64,000 nt of DNA from a virus, in IMG/VR virus record IMGVR_UViG_3300014838_000017, positions 1 through 64,000 of that record; one strand, given 5' to 3'. How positions within the stretch are numbered: the first letter of the stretch is position 1; each line of letters begins with the position of its first letter. Under the pieces are notes generated by a model that worked only from the letters and a program-made list of their open reading frames with translations, did no database searches and was not told where the DNA came from. Position numbers and translations under genes: made by a program. Shown piece after piece: positions 1 through 9,836 of the stretch.

Positions 1-1
1 A

Positions 2-160
2 GAATACACGAAAGTATATATGCGACAATATCGCAAGGACAATCGTTCAAAAATGAACGATACAAATCGCAATTACTATCATTCACATCTGGAAAAAATG
101 AGAGTATATTTTCGAATGAAAAACAGAGAATGGCGGGCAAAACGAAAGGCATCTGTATGA
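2..160 (+). CDS. 3' end of a basic helical protein (partial, runs off the window start)
   Basis: Open frame EYTKVYMRQYRKDNRSKMNDTNRNYYHSHLEKMRVYFRMKNREWRAKRKASV*. Its stop overlaps the next ATG (ATGA, 157-160). Confidence 0.55.
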   Translation, partial: EYTKVYMRQYRKDNRSKMNDTNRNYYHSHLEKMRVYFRMKNREWRAKRKASV

Positions 161-1023
161 AATGCACATGGATTATTGAGAATTTCGTTAAAGAGCCATC
201 ATTCAAGGGATTGGTTGACGCCGCCGTCGAGCTAGATTACCCCACCATTAAGATAAACAGTGATTATTCCCCCGACATCGTTCGGAAGGGTTTAAAATCG
301 CTGTGGCAGACCGCAGGAGGGGTCTGCGTGTATGACAACCAATGTGTCATGGTAAACGGATCAATCAAGATGTGCAAGCTTCTAGCCGAAGAATTGAAGC
401 ATGGATGTTATCCCATCTTATTTTCCACGTTTGAACGGTATAAGTGCTCGGCGTATTACTCGCATTTTGGTCCGTATCTCTTTAACGATAAGTATGCGAT
501 GATGTCTCTGAAGGAACTTGTGCGGCAAAAATATGATGTATGGGGTAACTATGGGAAAGACGGAATGATATTCATTCGTCCAGATTCTGGTGAAAAAACG
601 TTTCAAGCGGGGTTATTGGATATTATTGATCTTTCAACTCTATGGGACTCCAATAAGGATGTGGAACATGAACTAGTATTAGTATCTACACCGAAGAATG
701 TTATTTGGGAGGGACGATTTGTTGTATCGAAGCAGAAAGGTATTATTGCATCTTCCACATATAGGTTTCAAGGAAAGGTTACCATTATACCAAGTGTTCC
801 CAAGGAGACCACAACGTTTTGCAATAAACTTCTGAATGAAGTTGATTATGCTCCCGATCCTGTTTTTTGTTTTGATATATGCCAGGATTCGGATAAGAAT
901 TGTTGGCTAATGGAAGTTACAAGTTTTTCCAGTGCTGGATTATATGCTACTGATAAGAAGGAAATTATACGGAAAGTATCTGAGGTTGCTGAAACAGAAT
1001 ATCGGAGAACATTGAGGATTTAA
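157..1023 (+). CDS. ATP-grasp domain protein (R2K/DUF4343-like peptide ligase)
   Basis: Motifs FIRPDSGEKTF, EGRFVV, ASSTYR, FCFDIC and LMEVTSFSSAGLY match the R2K-type ATP-grasp pattern. Start moved to 157 because of the ATGA overlap. Confidence 0.75.
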   Translation: MKCTWIIENFVKEPSFKGLVDAAVELDYPTIKINSDYSPDIVRKGLKSLWQTAGGVCVYDNQCVMVNGSIKMCKLLAEELKHGCYPILFSTFERYKCSAYYSHFGPYLFNDKYAMMSLKELVRQKYDVWGNYGKDGMIFIRPDSGEKTFQAGLLDIIDLSTLWDSNKDVEHELVLVSTPKNVIWEGRFVVSKQKGIIASSTYRFQGKVTIIPSVPKETTTFCNKLLNEVDYAPDPVFCFDICQDSDKNCWLMEVTSFSSAGLYATDKKEIIRKVSEVAETEYRRTLRI

Positions 1024-1049
1024 TGGATGAGTGGTTCATATTTATACTT

Positions 1050-1226
1050 ATGAGAGGATTGAATTTGATAGGAAAAAAGTTCGGAAAGTTAACCGTTTTA
1101 TCGAGAGATGTAAAGACTCCAAGAAAGGAATGGGTACATAAAGATATTAACCTTATGAAACAACAATTCAGCACAGAAAAACTCGTTGAATATAGTAAAC
1201 TTATCGTCGCTCATAATATAAAATGA
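1050..1226 (+). pseudogene. Internally deleted HNH-type homing endonuclease remnant
   Basis: The N-terminal LIGKKFGKLTV motif is joined directly to a C-terminal WVHKDINLMK motif and the core is missing (compare the intact 38009-38671). TATTTATA lies at 1039-1046. Confidence 0.6.
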
Positions 1227-1960
1227 TTTCATTTACAAAAATAATGCGTCAAGTATTGACTGAACGGATGTCATTTCGAGACCTTTTACGAGGAAGTGAG
1301 CGTGGTCGAAAAGACCGTTCCAAATATGTAAATACAAGGTCGTTAAGAGTTGCATCCACCGATGAGGGAGAGTCATGGTTATTTACTTACAAATCACAAG
1401 GAATTCATAGCACTACTGGAACTAGATGGCATGGATATATTCGGTTTTTTAAAGAAAATGTTTCCTCTGAAGAAAACGCTGAAAATCTTGATTGTAAAGT
1501 TAATTGCGACTGTCCGGATTATAGATTTCGTTATGCATATAACAATCACAAATCCGATGCTGGAGATTTAGGACAAAATAACGGACAACCCCCTCGTCCA
1601 CGAAGTCAAGGTGGAGTAGGTGATTATGGCAATGGTATTTGCAAACATTTGATTGCGTTAAGTGAATATCTTAAAACTCAAACGAGTCCCGAAGCTCCCG
1701 AGCCAGAAGATACGGCTCCGGTTCCCGAAAAGAAACCAATTCAAAAGCCAGTTCCTCCATCCGTAGCACCACAAACTAGCGATGCTCCTGACCCCGATCA
1801 TGATGAAGAAGCGGATGATGATTATAGTGGTAGTCGAACTGGGTCTGATACTCTAACTGAAAGAATTCAACTTGGAAAAGTTTCTCAACTTTATAAAAAG
1901 ATAGATGAGTTTGCAAAACAGAACCCTGAATTTACTGTGATGTATGAAGACCCCGATTAA
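1223..1960 (+). CDS. SWIM-type zinc-finger protein
   Basis: CxC...CKH pattern (VNCDCPDY...ICKHL) and a Pro/acidic C-terminal linker. Confidence 0.65.
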   Translation: MISFTKIMRQVLTERMSFRDLLRGSERGRKDRSKYVNTRSLRVASTDEGESWLFTYKSQGIHSTTGTRWHGYIRFFKENVSSEENAENLDCKVNCDCPDYRFRYAYNNHKSDAGDLGQNNGQPPRPRSQGGVGDYGNGICKHLIALSEYLKTQTSPEAPEPEDTAPVPEKKPIQKPVPPSVAPQTSDAPDPDHDEEADDDYSGSRTGSDTLTERIQLGKVSQLYKKIDEFAKQNPEFTVMYEDPD

Positions 1961-2309
1961 ACTTAAAAATATTGTGGAGTCCATTAAGGGACTCCATCAC
2001 CTGCATAAAGACTATCGCATGTACGAAGGTAAAGATCATATCCACGCTCTCTTTGAAGACGGAAGCAAAATGTGTTTTGAAGTTCACTATCATAATACCC
2101 ACGGTGAAGATCGTGATAAATGGCGTCGTAAAGCATTTTCAAAATGGAAAAGTCTTGCCAATGAAATTCATAACGACGTGCAACTTACTGAAGTTGGAAA
2201 TCCAGTTCAAAAGACTTGGAAGAAAGCTTTCGAAGAAGCCTTAGAGCGTCCCGAACTGAAAGAATTCATTCGCACGTCAGAACATCAAAGCGTGTTTGAT
2301 AAAAACTAA
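1944..2309 (+). CDS. Hypothetical phage protein
   Basis: 121 aa ORF overlapping the upstream gene. Its IKLKNIVE N-terminus resembles those of other ORFs here. Confidence 0.6.
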   Translation: MKTPIKLKNIVESIKGLHHLHKDYRMYEGKDHIHALFEDGSKMCFEVHYHNTHGEDRDKWRRKAFSKWKSLANEIHNDVQLTEVGNPVQKTWKKAFEEALERPELKEFIRTSEHQSVFDKN

Positions 2310-2341
2310 TCTTTCCTTGAATAGTTAGTGAAATATACCGT

Positions 2342-3457
2342 TTAGGGTATTGAAAATTGAGTTATCGCTATGGTTTCTTTAAATATAGAATATACCGATA
2401 ATATTTTACCATTTAATAATTGTATTAACGATGGATATGATGCCGCACAGTCTTTTGCATACCCAGCATATACCGGAGTGTCGCTACCAATCAACCTAAT
2501 AGTTTTGGCCGAAGTCCAGTTAATAGCATCGGTGCTAAACGCTACTATCAAAGGATCACGAAAAATTGATAAATAAGTATATGGATTAGATGCGAAACAC
2601 CACGTACCATTTGAATGCTTTAGAAAGAACAATCTTGATGGGGAATTTGGAATGGGGGAATTTATAGGATATGACCAGTCAATTCCATTTATGCTATTCT
2701 GTATTTGAACTGAATATTGTGACGCACTCAAATTATTATACGCTCTACTATATCTAGTCCAATAAGAATTACTAGTTTTTATTGATGCTCCTTCAGTTAG
2801 GTTTTCTTCCGCTCCACTTGGACTTCTAGGCCATATCGCATTTGTACTAACGGAAAGGTAAAGTACATTTCCACGGGCCATCATATCCGTTAAAAATGTA
2901 GTTTTAAAATTCAATGGTGCCTGACTATAAACAGTATCTCCGTTACCTCCATATACCCACACAGGAGTTCCAAATACATCATTGACTATTGGTTGTGCCA
3001 AAACTCCATATGGAAGTCTGTCTCCCGTGGTAGACCACAAACAAATATTCACATCATAAACTAAATATTGAACATTATTGGATATTATTGTTCCTGCAAA
3101 GTATGCTAAATGAGCATTGACTGTATGTGTTAAATCCATCGCCTCCCATGATGGTATAATTGTACTATATGATGACCATGTAATTCCCTCATCATCACTA
3201 TACATTCCTCTCATATATTGCCCCGCCCCATCTTCATCTTGATCGTGGGTTACATGAAGTAAGTGAATTCTATTGCTTCCGAATGCAGTTCTAAATAAAT
3301 ACGCATTGTGATTATAACATTGATGTTGTGATGCCGTAGGAGAAAATATAACTGTAGTGGAAGCTGATGTTACGGTGGGAAATGGAGGATTCCCCACATT
3401 CCATGAACAATTTATAGTGGGAATATACGACGACCCTCGTTGAAATGTTCCTATCAT
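2342..3457 (-). CDS. BNR/Asp-box beta-propeller (sialidase-like) protein, probably tail-associated
   Basis: Asp-boxes YSDDEGITWS, SINGIDWS and STDAINWT, plus RDPLIVAFS and SYPSLIQL..GKILSVYS motifs typical of BNR_2 sialidase-like proteins. Confidence 0.7.
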   Translation of the reverse strand: MIGTFQRGSSYIPTINCSWNVGNPPFPTVTSASTTVIFSPTASQHQCYNHNAYLFRTAFGSNRIHLLHVTHDQDEDGAGQYMRGMYSDDEGITWSSYSTIIPSWEAMDLTHTVNAHLAYFAGTIISNNVQYLVYDVNICLWSTTGDRLPYGVLAQPIVNDVFGTPVWVYGGNGDTVYSQAPLNFKTTFLTDMMARGNVLYLSVSTNAIWPRSPSGAEENLTEGASIKTSNSYWTRYSRAYNNLSASQYSVQIQNSINGIDWSYPINSPIPNSPSRLFFLKHSNGTWCFASNPYTYLSIFRDPLIVAFSTDAINWTSAKTIRLIGSDTPVYAGYAKDCAASYPSLIQLLNGKILSVYSIFKETIAITQFSIP

Positions 3458-4638
3458 GATCCTAAAAATGGATATGTTCTACCATTGCCATTATTATATA
3501 ATAATGCACATTCAGCTTGGGTTAATACTCGGCTCCAAACTCCAACATCTTGAATACTTCCACTCATATATGGCCCGTTAACTAATGATCCAATCATAAA
3601 TGGTATACCATTGTTTATATATGATCCACTCGGCCAAAAAGTAGTATCTGCCGGCCCAGCATTGACTCTAATTCCGACCACCGTGTTTATAGAATCATAC
3701 CACGCAGCAACATGATACCAAGTATTAGCTGATGGAATCCCGAAAGTTATGGACGATGCACTGGTATGATTTGTTAACGTTCCATTTCCATAAATAAGAA
3801 AAAGGAAATGAGTCTCCGCTGTTCCATTTCCTTGACATAGAGCATAACTTCTAGAATTTATACTTGAATTAAACTTAGAAATTATTGAATTTTGAATTGA
3901 CGCCGATACGATTGCAAAATTCACCCACGCTGCAAGTGTAAAACTATTAGGTCCAAAATTAAATTTGGCATCAGCCTCTGGCTGATTGGACGATGCTAAG
4001 TATGCTGTGGAAAATCCTGAAGCAATTATTCTAGTTTTTCCTGGGGTGCTGCTCAAGCCTCCACCACCGGTTATAGAATGGAATCCATAACTATCAATTC
4101 GGTTAAGGGATGATGCCTGATCCAAAGGCCAAAATGCAACTAAGTTATTATATAATGTTTGAACACTGCCAGTGGTAGAAGTTCCGTACACTTCCCATGT
4201 TGTTGCATTTGTTTGAACGAGCGTAGCGGATGCTCCATCTCCGACAAAGATAGTATTTCCATATATGGTCATTCCACTTCCCGCTGTTAAGTTAACAGTT
4301 ACGTTTCCAACTAGCCCTAAATACATTATAGTTGGATAAGAAGTATCTGGTAAAAATACAGTTAAGGTAGATGAGCATTGTAAAAAATGATTCTTGTTAT
4401 AACTCGATGCGGAATAATTGGATACCAATGTATCAATTGCTGTTATAGCATTTGGTATAGTAGATGTATATGATGCCGTTAAAGCATAACTGGATGAATT
4501 CGAAGTTGATCCACCACCATTCAATGCATATGAAGCGGTTAAGGCATAAGAGGAAGTTCCAAACAATGATCCGCTGAGAAAAGCCACCATAATGGAGGCT
4601 GAATCTATGTACTCAATATTATCGTAATTTGATGGCAT
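3454..4638 (-). CDS. Tail fibre-like protein with C-terminal LamG/concanavalin A-like domain
   Basis: LVAFWPLD, SFTLAAWVN, WYHVAAWYD and GSIQDVGVWSRVLT..E...LYN motifs. N-terminal SSYALTASYALNGGG repeats. Confidence 0.75.
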   Translation of the reverse strand: MPSNYDNIEYIDSASIMVAFLSGSLFGTSSYALTASYALNGGGSTSNSSSYALTASYTSTIPNAITAIDTLVSNYSASSYNKNHFLQCSSTLTVFLPDTSYPTIMYLGLVGNVTVNLTAGSGMTIYGNTIFVGDGASATLVQTNATTWEVYGTSTTGSVQTLYNNLVAFWPLDQASSLNRIDSYGFHSITGGGGLSSTPGKTRIIASGFSTAYLASSNQPEADAKFNFGPNSFTLAAWVNFAIVSASIQNSIISKFNSSINSRSYALCQGNGTAETHFLFLIYGNGTLTNHTSASSITFGIPSANTWYHVAAWYDSINTVVGIRVNAGPADTTFWPSGSYINNGIPFMIGSLVNGPYMSGSIQDVGVWSRVLTQAECALLYNNGNGRTYPFLGS

Positions 4639-4662
4639 AACTTAAATTATGTATCCAATGGA

Positions 4663-5157
4663 TTATGCGCTTTCACCGTTGTAAGTTGCCAACCAATAAA
4701 CATACGTGGTCAATGGTTGCAAGGAATTGCTCGAAATAATAAATCCTGATGCGATAGGGGTTTCCATTGTCCATACTCGTGCATCTCCACCTATTATGCT
4801 AACGGAATAGTTATTATCGGGATATGAACTTGTAAACGCTACGCTATATGTCAGTGGAGTTCCACCAAAGAAAGATGCTGATACCTTATTGGATTTAATC
4901 GCCGGGAAAAGTTTATAATAAGATGCTGTTTGAGAAAAACTACTGGTGATAGAACTAGTGGCATATAATGATTGAGTAGCAACTAACGACTGTGTAGAAA
5001 ACAAAGACTGTGTGGCATATACTACACTATAAGGTATGGCTGTTCCGGGAGCATACGATGCCGAAATAGCATATGATGCCGTTCCATATAATGAGCCACT
5101 TGCGGTCATTACGGAAATACTTGCGGTATCTATATAAAATACATTGTCTAATGCCAT
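4663..5157 (-). CDS. Virion fibre-associated protein (ASY repeats)
   Basis: TASYA repeats. The C-terminal domain (YSVSIIG.DARVWT...GF.ISSNS) is paralogous to that of 5161-5865. Confidence 0.6.
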   Translation of the reverse strand: MALDNVFYIDTASISVMTASGSLYGTASYAISASYAPGTAIPYSVVYATQSLFSTQSLVATQSLYATSSITSSFSQTASYYKLFPAIKSNKVSASFFGGTPLTYSVAFTSSYPDNNYSVSIIGGDARVWTMETPIASGFIISSNSLQPLTTYVYWLATYNGESA

Positions 5158-5160
5158 AAA

Positions 5161-5865
5161 TTATCCTTCTACACGCCACATAATCATTTGTGTTAGTGGA
5201 ATATTGCTATTACTGTTGATTGTAAACCCATTGGTTGAACGATTTGCAGTAGTCCATATTCTCGCTTCATCTCCAATAATACTCACAGTATAAATAGTAT
5301 TTGGAAAGGAATTAATATAGGAAACATTGTAGCACATCGGGGTTCCAGAGAAACTTGACCCAGATGCCATACCAAATTCTACGTGTGTTTTTGGAGGAAC
5401 AAACGATGCTGAAATTGAAAAACTTGACGTGATGGAATATGATGCTGAAATTGATGACGATGCAAATGATGTTGACGTTTGAAGTTGTATTTCATACGAT
5501 GATGTAAATGCGTATGATGCCGAAGTCGCAAAACCAGCCAATGGGGAATATGATGCGGTAACTGCATAGGACGCCGAAATACTTCCGGTCCCACTACCTC
5601 CTCCACCATTTAATGCATACGATGCCGTTAAAGCATAACTGGAAGATGTTTGACTTCCACTATTTGAAAGTAATACCCAATTGGAATCAGCTACTCCTCC
5701 GATCAACTGCCATAGTTGTGCTTCGGCTTGGGTATAGACCATCATTCCATTATATCTCCAAGAAGAACTGATGGAAGTCAGGCTGGATGATGACGCAAGA
5801 ATGCTCTTCAAGTCTGCGGGTTGAGCACTTGTCACGCCAAATCCACTTATGATAGAAATAGCCAT
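5161..5865 (-). CDS. Virion fibre-associated protein (ASY repeats)
   Basis: N-terminal RYNGMMVY...LWQLIGG...NW module, ASY repeats, and a C-terminal domain paralogous to 4663-5157. Confidence 0.6.
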   Translation of the reverse strand: MAISIISGFGVTSAQPADLKSILASSSSLTSISSSWRYNGMMVYTQAEAQLWQLIGGVADSNWVLLSNSGSQTSSSYALTASYALNGGGGSGTGSISASYAVTASYSPLAGFATSASYAFTSSYEIQLQTSTSFASSSISASYSITSSFSISASFVPPKTHVEFGMASGSSFSGTPMCYNVSYINSFPNTIYTVSIIGDEARIWTTANRSTNGFTINSNSNIPLTQMIMWRVEG

Positions 5866-5871
5866 AGGGTA

Positions 5872-6981
5872 TTAACTAAATTGGAAATTACCCGCTGGAC
5901 TTGATACCAGTTGCGTTTGGTAAACTTTATAATTGACCGTCCAGTTGTTGGACAATCCTGTGCTTGTGACCGCCACGGTTGATTTATTGAAACTGCTTAT
6001 CACTTGGAACAAGTTAGGGTCTAAGATGGATACCAAGTCAGGATAGCTTGCGGGATATGCAAAATAAATATAAACTGCCGATCCAACCATGTTAACCGTT
6101 TGACTGCCTTGATTAACTATTTGAGACGTAAACGCATTGTAGAGAGCCGTTCCTGATAGACCCGATGTAACAGACAGTCCCCATAGATATGGGAACAAAA
6201 ATGTAACTGTCGTCGTATTGGAAGTGATAATGTTTGGAGACCCATTGTTTCCAACAGAAACAAATGTCTGATAGGTCTGACTGGATGACACATTAGTATC
6301 AGTATAGGTAAACGAATATGGTGGAATCGTAGAATCGGTGTTCCAACTAATAGCACTTCGGAATACACTTGCACTGTAGAACGTTGTTTCTTGATTGGCT
6401 GTGATCGTGGATACGACGTTGACCGTTCGAAGACTTCCGGTTTGGTAAGTTCCTCCACCCGAAACAGCCACCGTGGCGGGAGCAAATGGAAAAAAGAAAT
6501 TGTTCAAAAAAGTATCCACATCTAGACCTCCAACATTCAATCCAACATAACCATTTCGAGTTATACTTCGGTTTCCATTGAATGGAACATTACTTGCGGT
6601 TAAAGTAAATATTGACTCTACGGCATATGAAGCTGTATCAGAAAATGTTGACTCTAATGCATATGAGGCACTTATTGCCACGTCAGTCGTTAGGGCATAA
6701 GATGATGTGGGAGAATATGATGCTGTTACAGCGTAAGAGGATGAAATGCTTCCACTGCCACCCGCACTACCATTCATTGCATAAGCAGCGGTGATGGCGA
6801 AGGGAATTGATTGGTCGATGGTTATGATCTGCTGACCAACTGACGACGTGGGTAAAAAAAGTATAACATTTCCGAGACCGTCTAGAAAATAACTATCTGA
6901 ACCTTGGGTATAAGTTTGGACTACCTCCTGATAAGAGGTCGAAATATACTGGTTCGTTAAGTCCCGAGATGGAAATTGCAT
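5872..6981 (-). CDS. Virion structural protein (ASY repeats plus beta-rich C-terminus)
   Basis: ASY repeats and a YIYFAYPASY.DL.SI.D.N.F motif typical of phage structural proteins. Lies in the structural operon. Confidence 0.6.
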   Translation of the reverse strand: MQFPSRDLTNQYISTSYQEVVQTYTQGSDSYFLDGLGNVILFLPTSSVGQQIITIDQSIPFAITAAYAMNGSAGGSGSISSSYAVTASYSPTSSYALTTDVAISASYALESTFSDTASYAVESIFTLTASNVPFNGNRSITRNGYVGLNVGGLDVDTFLNNFFFPFAPATVAVSGGGTYQTGSLRTVNVVSTITANQETTFYSASVFRSAISWNTDSTIPPYSFTYTDTNVSSSQTYQTFVSVGNNGSPNIITSNTTTVTFLFPYLWGLSVTSGLSGTALYNAFTSQIVNQGSQTVNMVGSAVYIYFAYPASYPDLVSILDPNLFQVISSFNKSTVAVTSTGLSNNWTVNYKVYQTQLVSSPAGNFQFS

Positions 6982-6997
6982 ACGTTATACCTCATAA

Positions 6998-7555
6998 TTA
7001 CTTAAGAAAATACGTTAATCCGTTAAAAACAGAGGTTTTTTGCTTATTATATTCTGGATTGGATTGAAAATATTCTTTGATTAGAGCACGAAAATCATTT
7101 TTTCGGGTGGAAAGATTTGATTTTGTAATATTAAATCGTTCACAGAGTTTGCTTAACTCATATAATGGGATGAGATTTTCCTTCTGAGGCTTTGGCATAG
7201 ATTTAACCGGAACTTTAACGGTCACCATTGGCTTGGAGGGAAGTTTCTGCTCGTTTACAGTCACCTTGATTGAGGTGTGCTCTTCAACTATAAAATCTTC
7301 TTTCCAAGGTTGGAAATAAGTGTCCTCAACAATGACTTCGAGGGACATCTTTCCCGTGGCATTTTCATCGAGTATTCCCTTCAAACGACGGATAGGAACC
7401 ACGCATTTTCCATTTTCGATTTTTCCATTAAACACCAAGTTGAGACCATCCGTTGACTCTACAACAAGGCGAGCCTTTGAGTTCTTAAGTGAAGCATTTT
7501 TGACATGAACTTCGCATTCGAAGTCTTCGGATTTGTCTGTGTATATTTTATACAT
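6998..7555 (-). CDS. Hypothetical phage protein
   Basis: 185 aa ORF abutting the upstream gene in the leftward operon. Confidence 0.65.
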   Translation of the reverse strand: MYKIYTDKSEDFECEVHVKNASLKNSKARLVVESTDGLNLVFNGKIENGKCVVPIRRLKGILDENATGKMSLEVIVEDTYFQPWKEDFIVEEHTSIKVTVNEQKLPSKPMVTVKVPVKSMPKPQKENLIPLYELSKLCERFNITKSNLSTRKNDFRALIKEYFQSNPEYNKQKTSVFNGLTYFLK

Positions 7556-7969
7556 TTATTCCTCCATTTTAAAATCTAAATCTACATCGGTAACCGTTTT
7601 AATCATTGTTTTTATATCACCTATAGTGATCTTAAAGTTTTTTACTTCTCTTTCCTGTGGATACTCTCTTCCATTTATTTTACAAATCAACTTGATTAGT
7701 TTTTTCCGTTTATCAAGTGACCCAGTTTGATATGGATTCCAAGGTTGGATCAACATCTCGGCATCCACACCCCCAGGATTTACTATAATATCCTGGATGA
7801 ACTGACATCCGGACCATGTTAAATTATATTTTGACCACTGAATAGCCGTAGTTGACCATACCCCAGGATTTACTATAATATCCTGGATGAACTGACATTC
7901 GGACCAAGTTAAATTATATTTTGACCACTGAATAGCCGTAGTTGACCATATGTTGCATAGAAACCCCAT
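7556..7969 (-). CDS. Hypothetical protein with a duplicated 30-aa Trp-rich segment
   Basis: 137 aa ORF with sense-strand TATTTATA just upstream. Confidence 0.65.
   Translation of the reverse strand: MGFLCNIWSTTAIQWSKYNLTWSECQFIQDIIVNPGVWSTTAIQWSKYNLTWSGCQFIQDIIVNPGGVDAEMLIQPWNPYQTGSLDKRKKLIKLICKINGREYPQEREVKNFKITIGDIKTMIKTVTDVDLDFKMEE
7771..7950. repeat. 90-bp tandem duplication (2 copies, 2 mismatches)
   Basis: Copies at 7771-7860 and 7861-7950. Confidence 0.95.
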
Positions 7970-8057
7970 GTCTAATATAAATAGTTTCGGTTACCAGTTT
8001 CTTTATTTTATCTAAGTGCCACCGCATAGGCAATTGAAAGAGGTTCCGTGATCGACC

Positions 8058-9017
8058 TCACGGTAGAAAACTTTCATCTTGAATTGTTGTATCCAATGCC
8101 ACTCCGGGAGTAGGAAGAATGGTGTTATACTTCAAATTTGGATAGTTTGGATTTCTCCATTTATCAGAATTATCATTTCCTTTTGAAAATACGTCAGCCC
8201 CATTCTTGACCACTTCTGTTCCCATAATGATCTTTTTTGGAGTAAATTGTTTCTGAGTTGTCAATGTATGACGTTCTAGGTCGGTCATGATTTCTGGTAG
8301 TAAATAAGCGTGAACTTCCATATCAAATTCAGTCTTGACCATGCGTTCTTGTCCAGATTCTATTTCTACTGTATGCCCAAATGAATCGACTTTGACACGA
8401 AACCGGAATCCACTACTAGTTCCCCAATATGGAATGTTGCTTGTTGCAAATTTAAGAATCTCCGTCAATTTGTTCATTTGAGCTACATACGCAGTCCAAA
8501 TGATAAAATGATAAGTCAATAAAACATGGGTCGGGACAACCGTGTTATATATTTCTCCCACGGGAGCGTTTTGTCCAGTCAATACACTAAACTTAGTATA
8601 TTTGTTTTTTTCGGAATACATCTGTCGAACCGGAACTACCAAACTACGATTAAACATTTTAATAGTTTCATCCGTTGCGGTAGTATTTCGTTTAAATACA
8701 ATTACGGGAAGAATGATCTTTCCTTGCTTATCACGTAAATATCCATCTCTCTGGGCTGATACCCATCGTTCGGGAGAACCATAAAAAGTTGGAACTCCAA
8801 TTTCTTTTCCGGCGTCAGTTACTTGAAGTTGAAGATTTTCAAGTTGTTTAAGAATAGTGTTATCCACATCCTCCAACTTTATTGTGAAGTTTTGTTGGTC
8901 ATCCGTATCACGACGAACTTGTTCTGCCCTATTTACTGATGTAAGTTTTTCGGATCGAGTAATAGATTCTTGAACTGGGTTCGGTGTGGGATTCGAAATA
9001 TTTCCGTGCCAAGCCAT
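8058..9017 (-). CDS. Tail terminator / sheath stabiliser (T4 gp15-like)
   Basis: I.VP.FYGSPERW motif, LPVI.FKR, P.HV.LTY...IWT....MN.L.E.I. Follows the neck genes. Confidence 0.7.
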   Translation of the reverse strand: MAWHGNISNPTPNPVQESITRSEKLTSVNRAEQVRRDTDDQQNFTIKLEDVDNTILKQLENLQLQVTDAGKEIGVPTFYGSPERWVSAQRDGYLRDKQGKIILPVIVFKRNTTATDETIKMFNRSLVVPVRQMYSEKNKYTKFSVLTGQNAPVGEIYNTVVPTHVLLTYHFIIWTAYVAQMNKLTEILKFATSNIPYWGTSSGFRFRVKVDSFGHTVEIESGQERMVKTEFDMEVHAYLLPEIMTDLERHTLTTQKQFTPKKIIMGTEVVKNGADVFSKGNDNSDKWRNPNYPNLKYNTILPTPGVALDTTIQDESFLP

Positions 9018-9361
9018 TATGTCGCCTTTCCTTTACATGTCCACCCTTTGTATTGCTTTAATTTGGACGAACAAAGTTTATTTATAGCACTTTTGTCTAA
9101 TGGAATACGATTATATTTTTGGACCAATTCACATTGTCCAATGGTTTCTTCGCCATAAGATGGATGCTGAAACACATAAATCCCACCGAAATTCCATCGC
9201 TGTCTTCCCCGTGGTTGTTGTAATGCGGTCCTTCTGATTTTTTCTTGGGTTTCGTCGGATACTATTTTTCCGAGATGCTTCACTCGAATTTTCTGTTTGG
9301 TTTCATTTGAATGATGGGTTCCCCATAGAGGATGGTTTGTAATGCGATATATTCCACTCAT
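9017..9361 (-). CDS. NUMOD3 DNA-binding protein; GIY-YIG homing endonuclease lacking its catalytic domain
   Basis: Starts MSGIYRITN and runs straight into NUMOD3 repeats (HPLWGTHHSNETKQKI, GKIVSDETQEKI). No YIG/Arg/Glu catalytic segment is present. Confidence 0.65.
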   Translation of the reverse strand: MSGIYRITNHPLWGTHHSNETKQKIRVKHLGKIVSDETQEKIRRTALQQPRGRQRWNFGGIYVFQHPSYGEETIGQCELVQKYNRIPLDKSAINKLCSSKLKQYKGWTCKGKAT

Positions 9362-9362
9362 A

Positions 9363-9836
9363 TTATGATTGCCGTTGGACCATATCAATTTTAGACAAAC
9401 TGGTGTAATGTGTATTTACAATTATGGAAAGACTCTTAATGGGTTGTCCGCCCAAAAATTGTTCTTGAACCACATCGTCAATTTCGTGATAACGGTCGTT
9501 AAAATGAACAATGTCTCCTGTCTGTGGAAAAAAGCCAACTGCTTCTAAGTCTTTTTCCATGAATCGAAATGCGACGTTTTGTTTGCGATCCGGTCCAAAA
9601 TCATCAGCATCCGTTGCAATTTCAGCACGGTCAACCAAACAAACAATCTCAAGACCTGGAAAATATTGCTTGCCAGCTTTCTGGTCACTTTCACCATACA
9701 TATTAGTCTTGGTGGACTCGGGACATAGTTTAAACAATGCCACCTCAGTCTGAATCACATCGCCGAGCAGTTCATCATTTATCCCATTAACGAATGAGAT
9801 GTCCATGGCGGAGAAATAGCGGCCGGGTAGATTCAT
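9363..9836 (-). CDS. Neck / head-closure protein (T4 gp14-like)
   Basis: NMYGES and P.TGDIV.FNDRYHEIDDV motifs. Lies between the gp13-like and gp15-like genes. Confidence 0.65.
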   Translation of the reverse strand: MNLPGRYFSAMDISFVNGINDELLGDVIQTEVALFKLCPESTKTNMYGESDQKAGKQYFPGLEIVCLVDRAEIATDADDFGPDRKQNVAFRFMEKDLEAVGFFPQTGDIVHFNDRYHEIDDVVQEQFLGGQPIKSLSIIVNTHYTSLSKIDMVQRQS

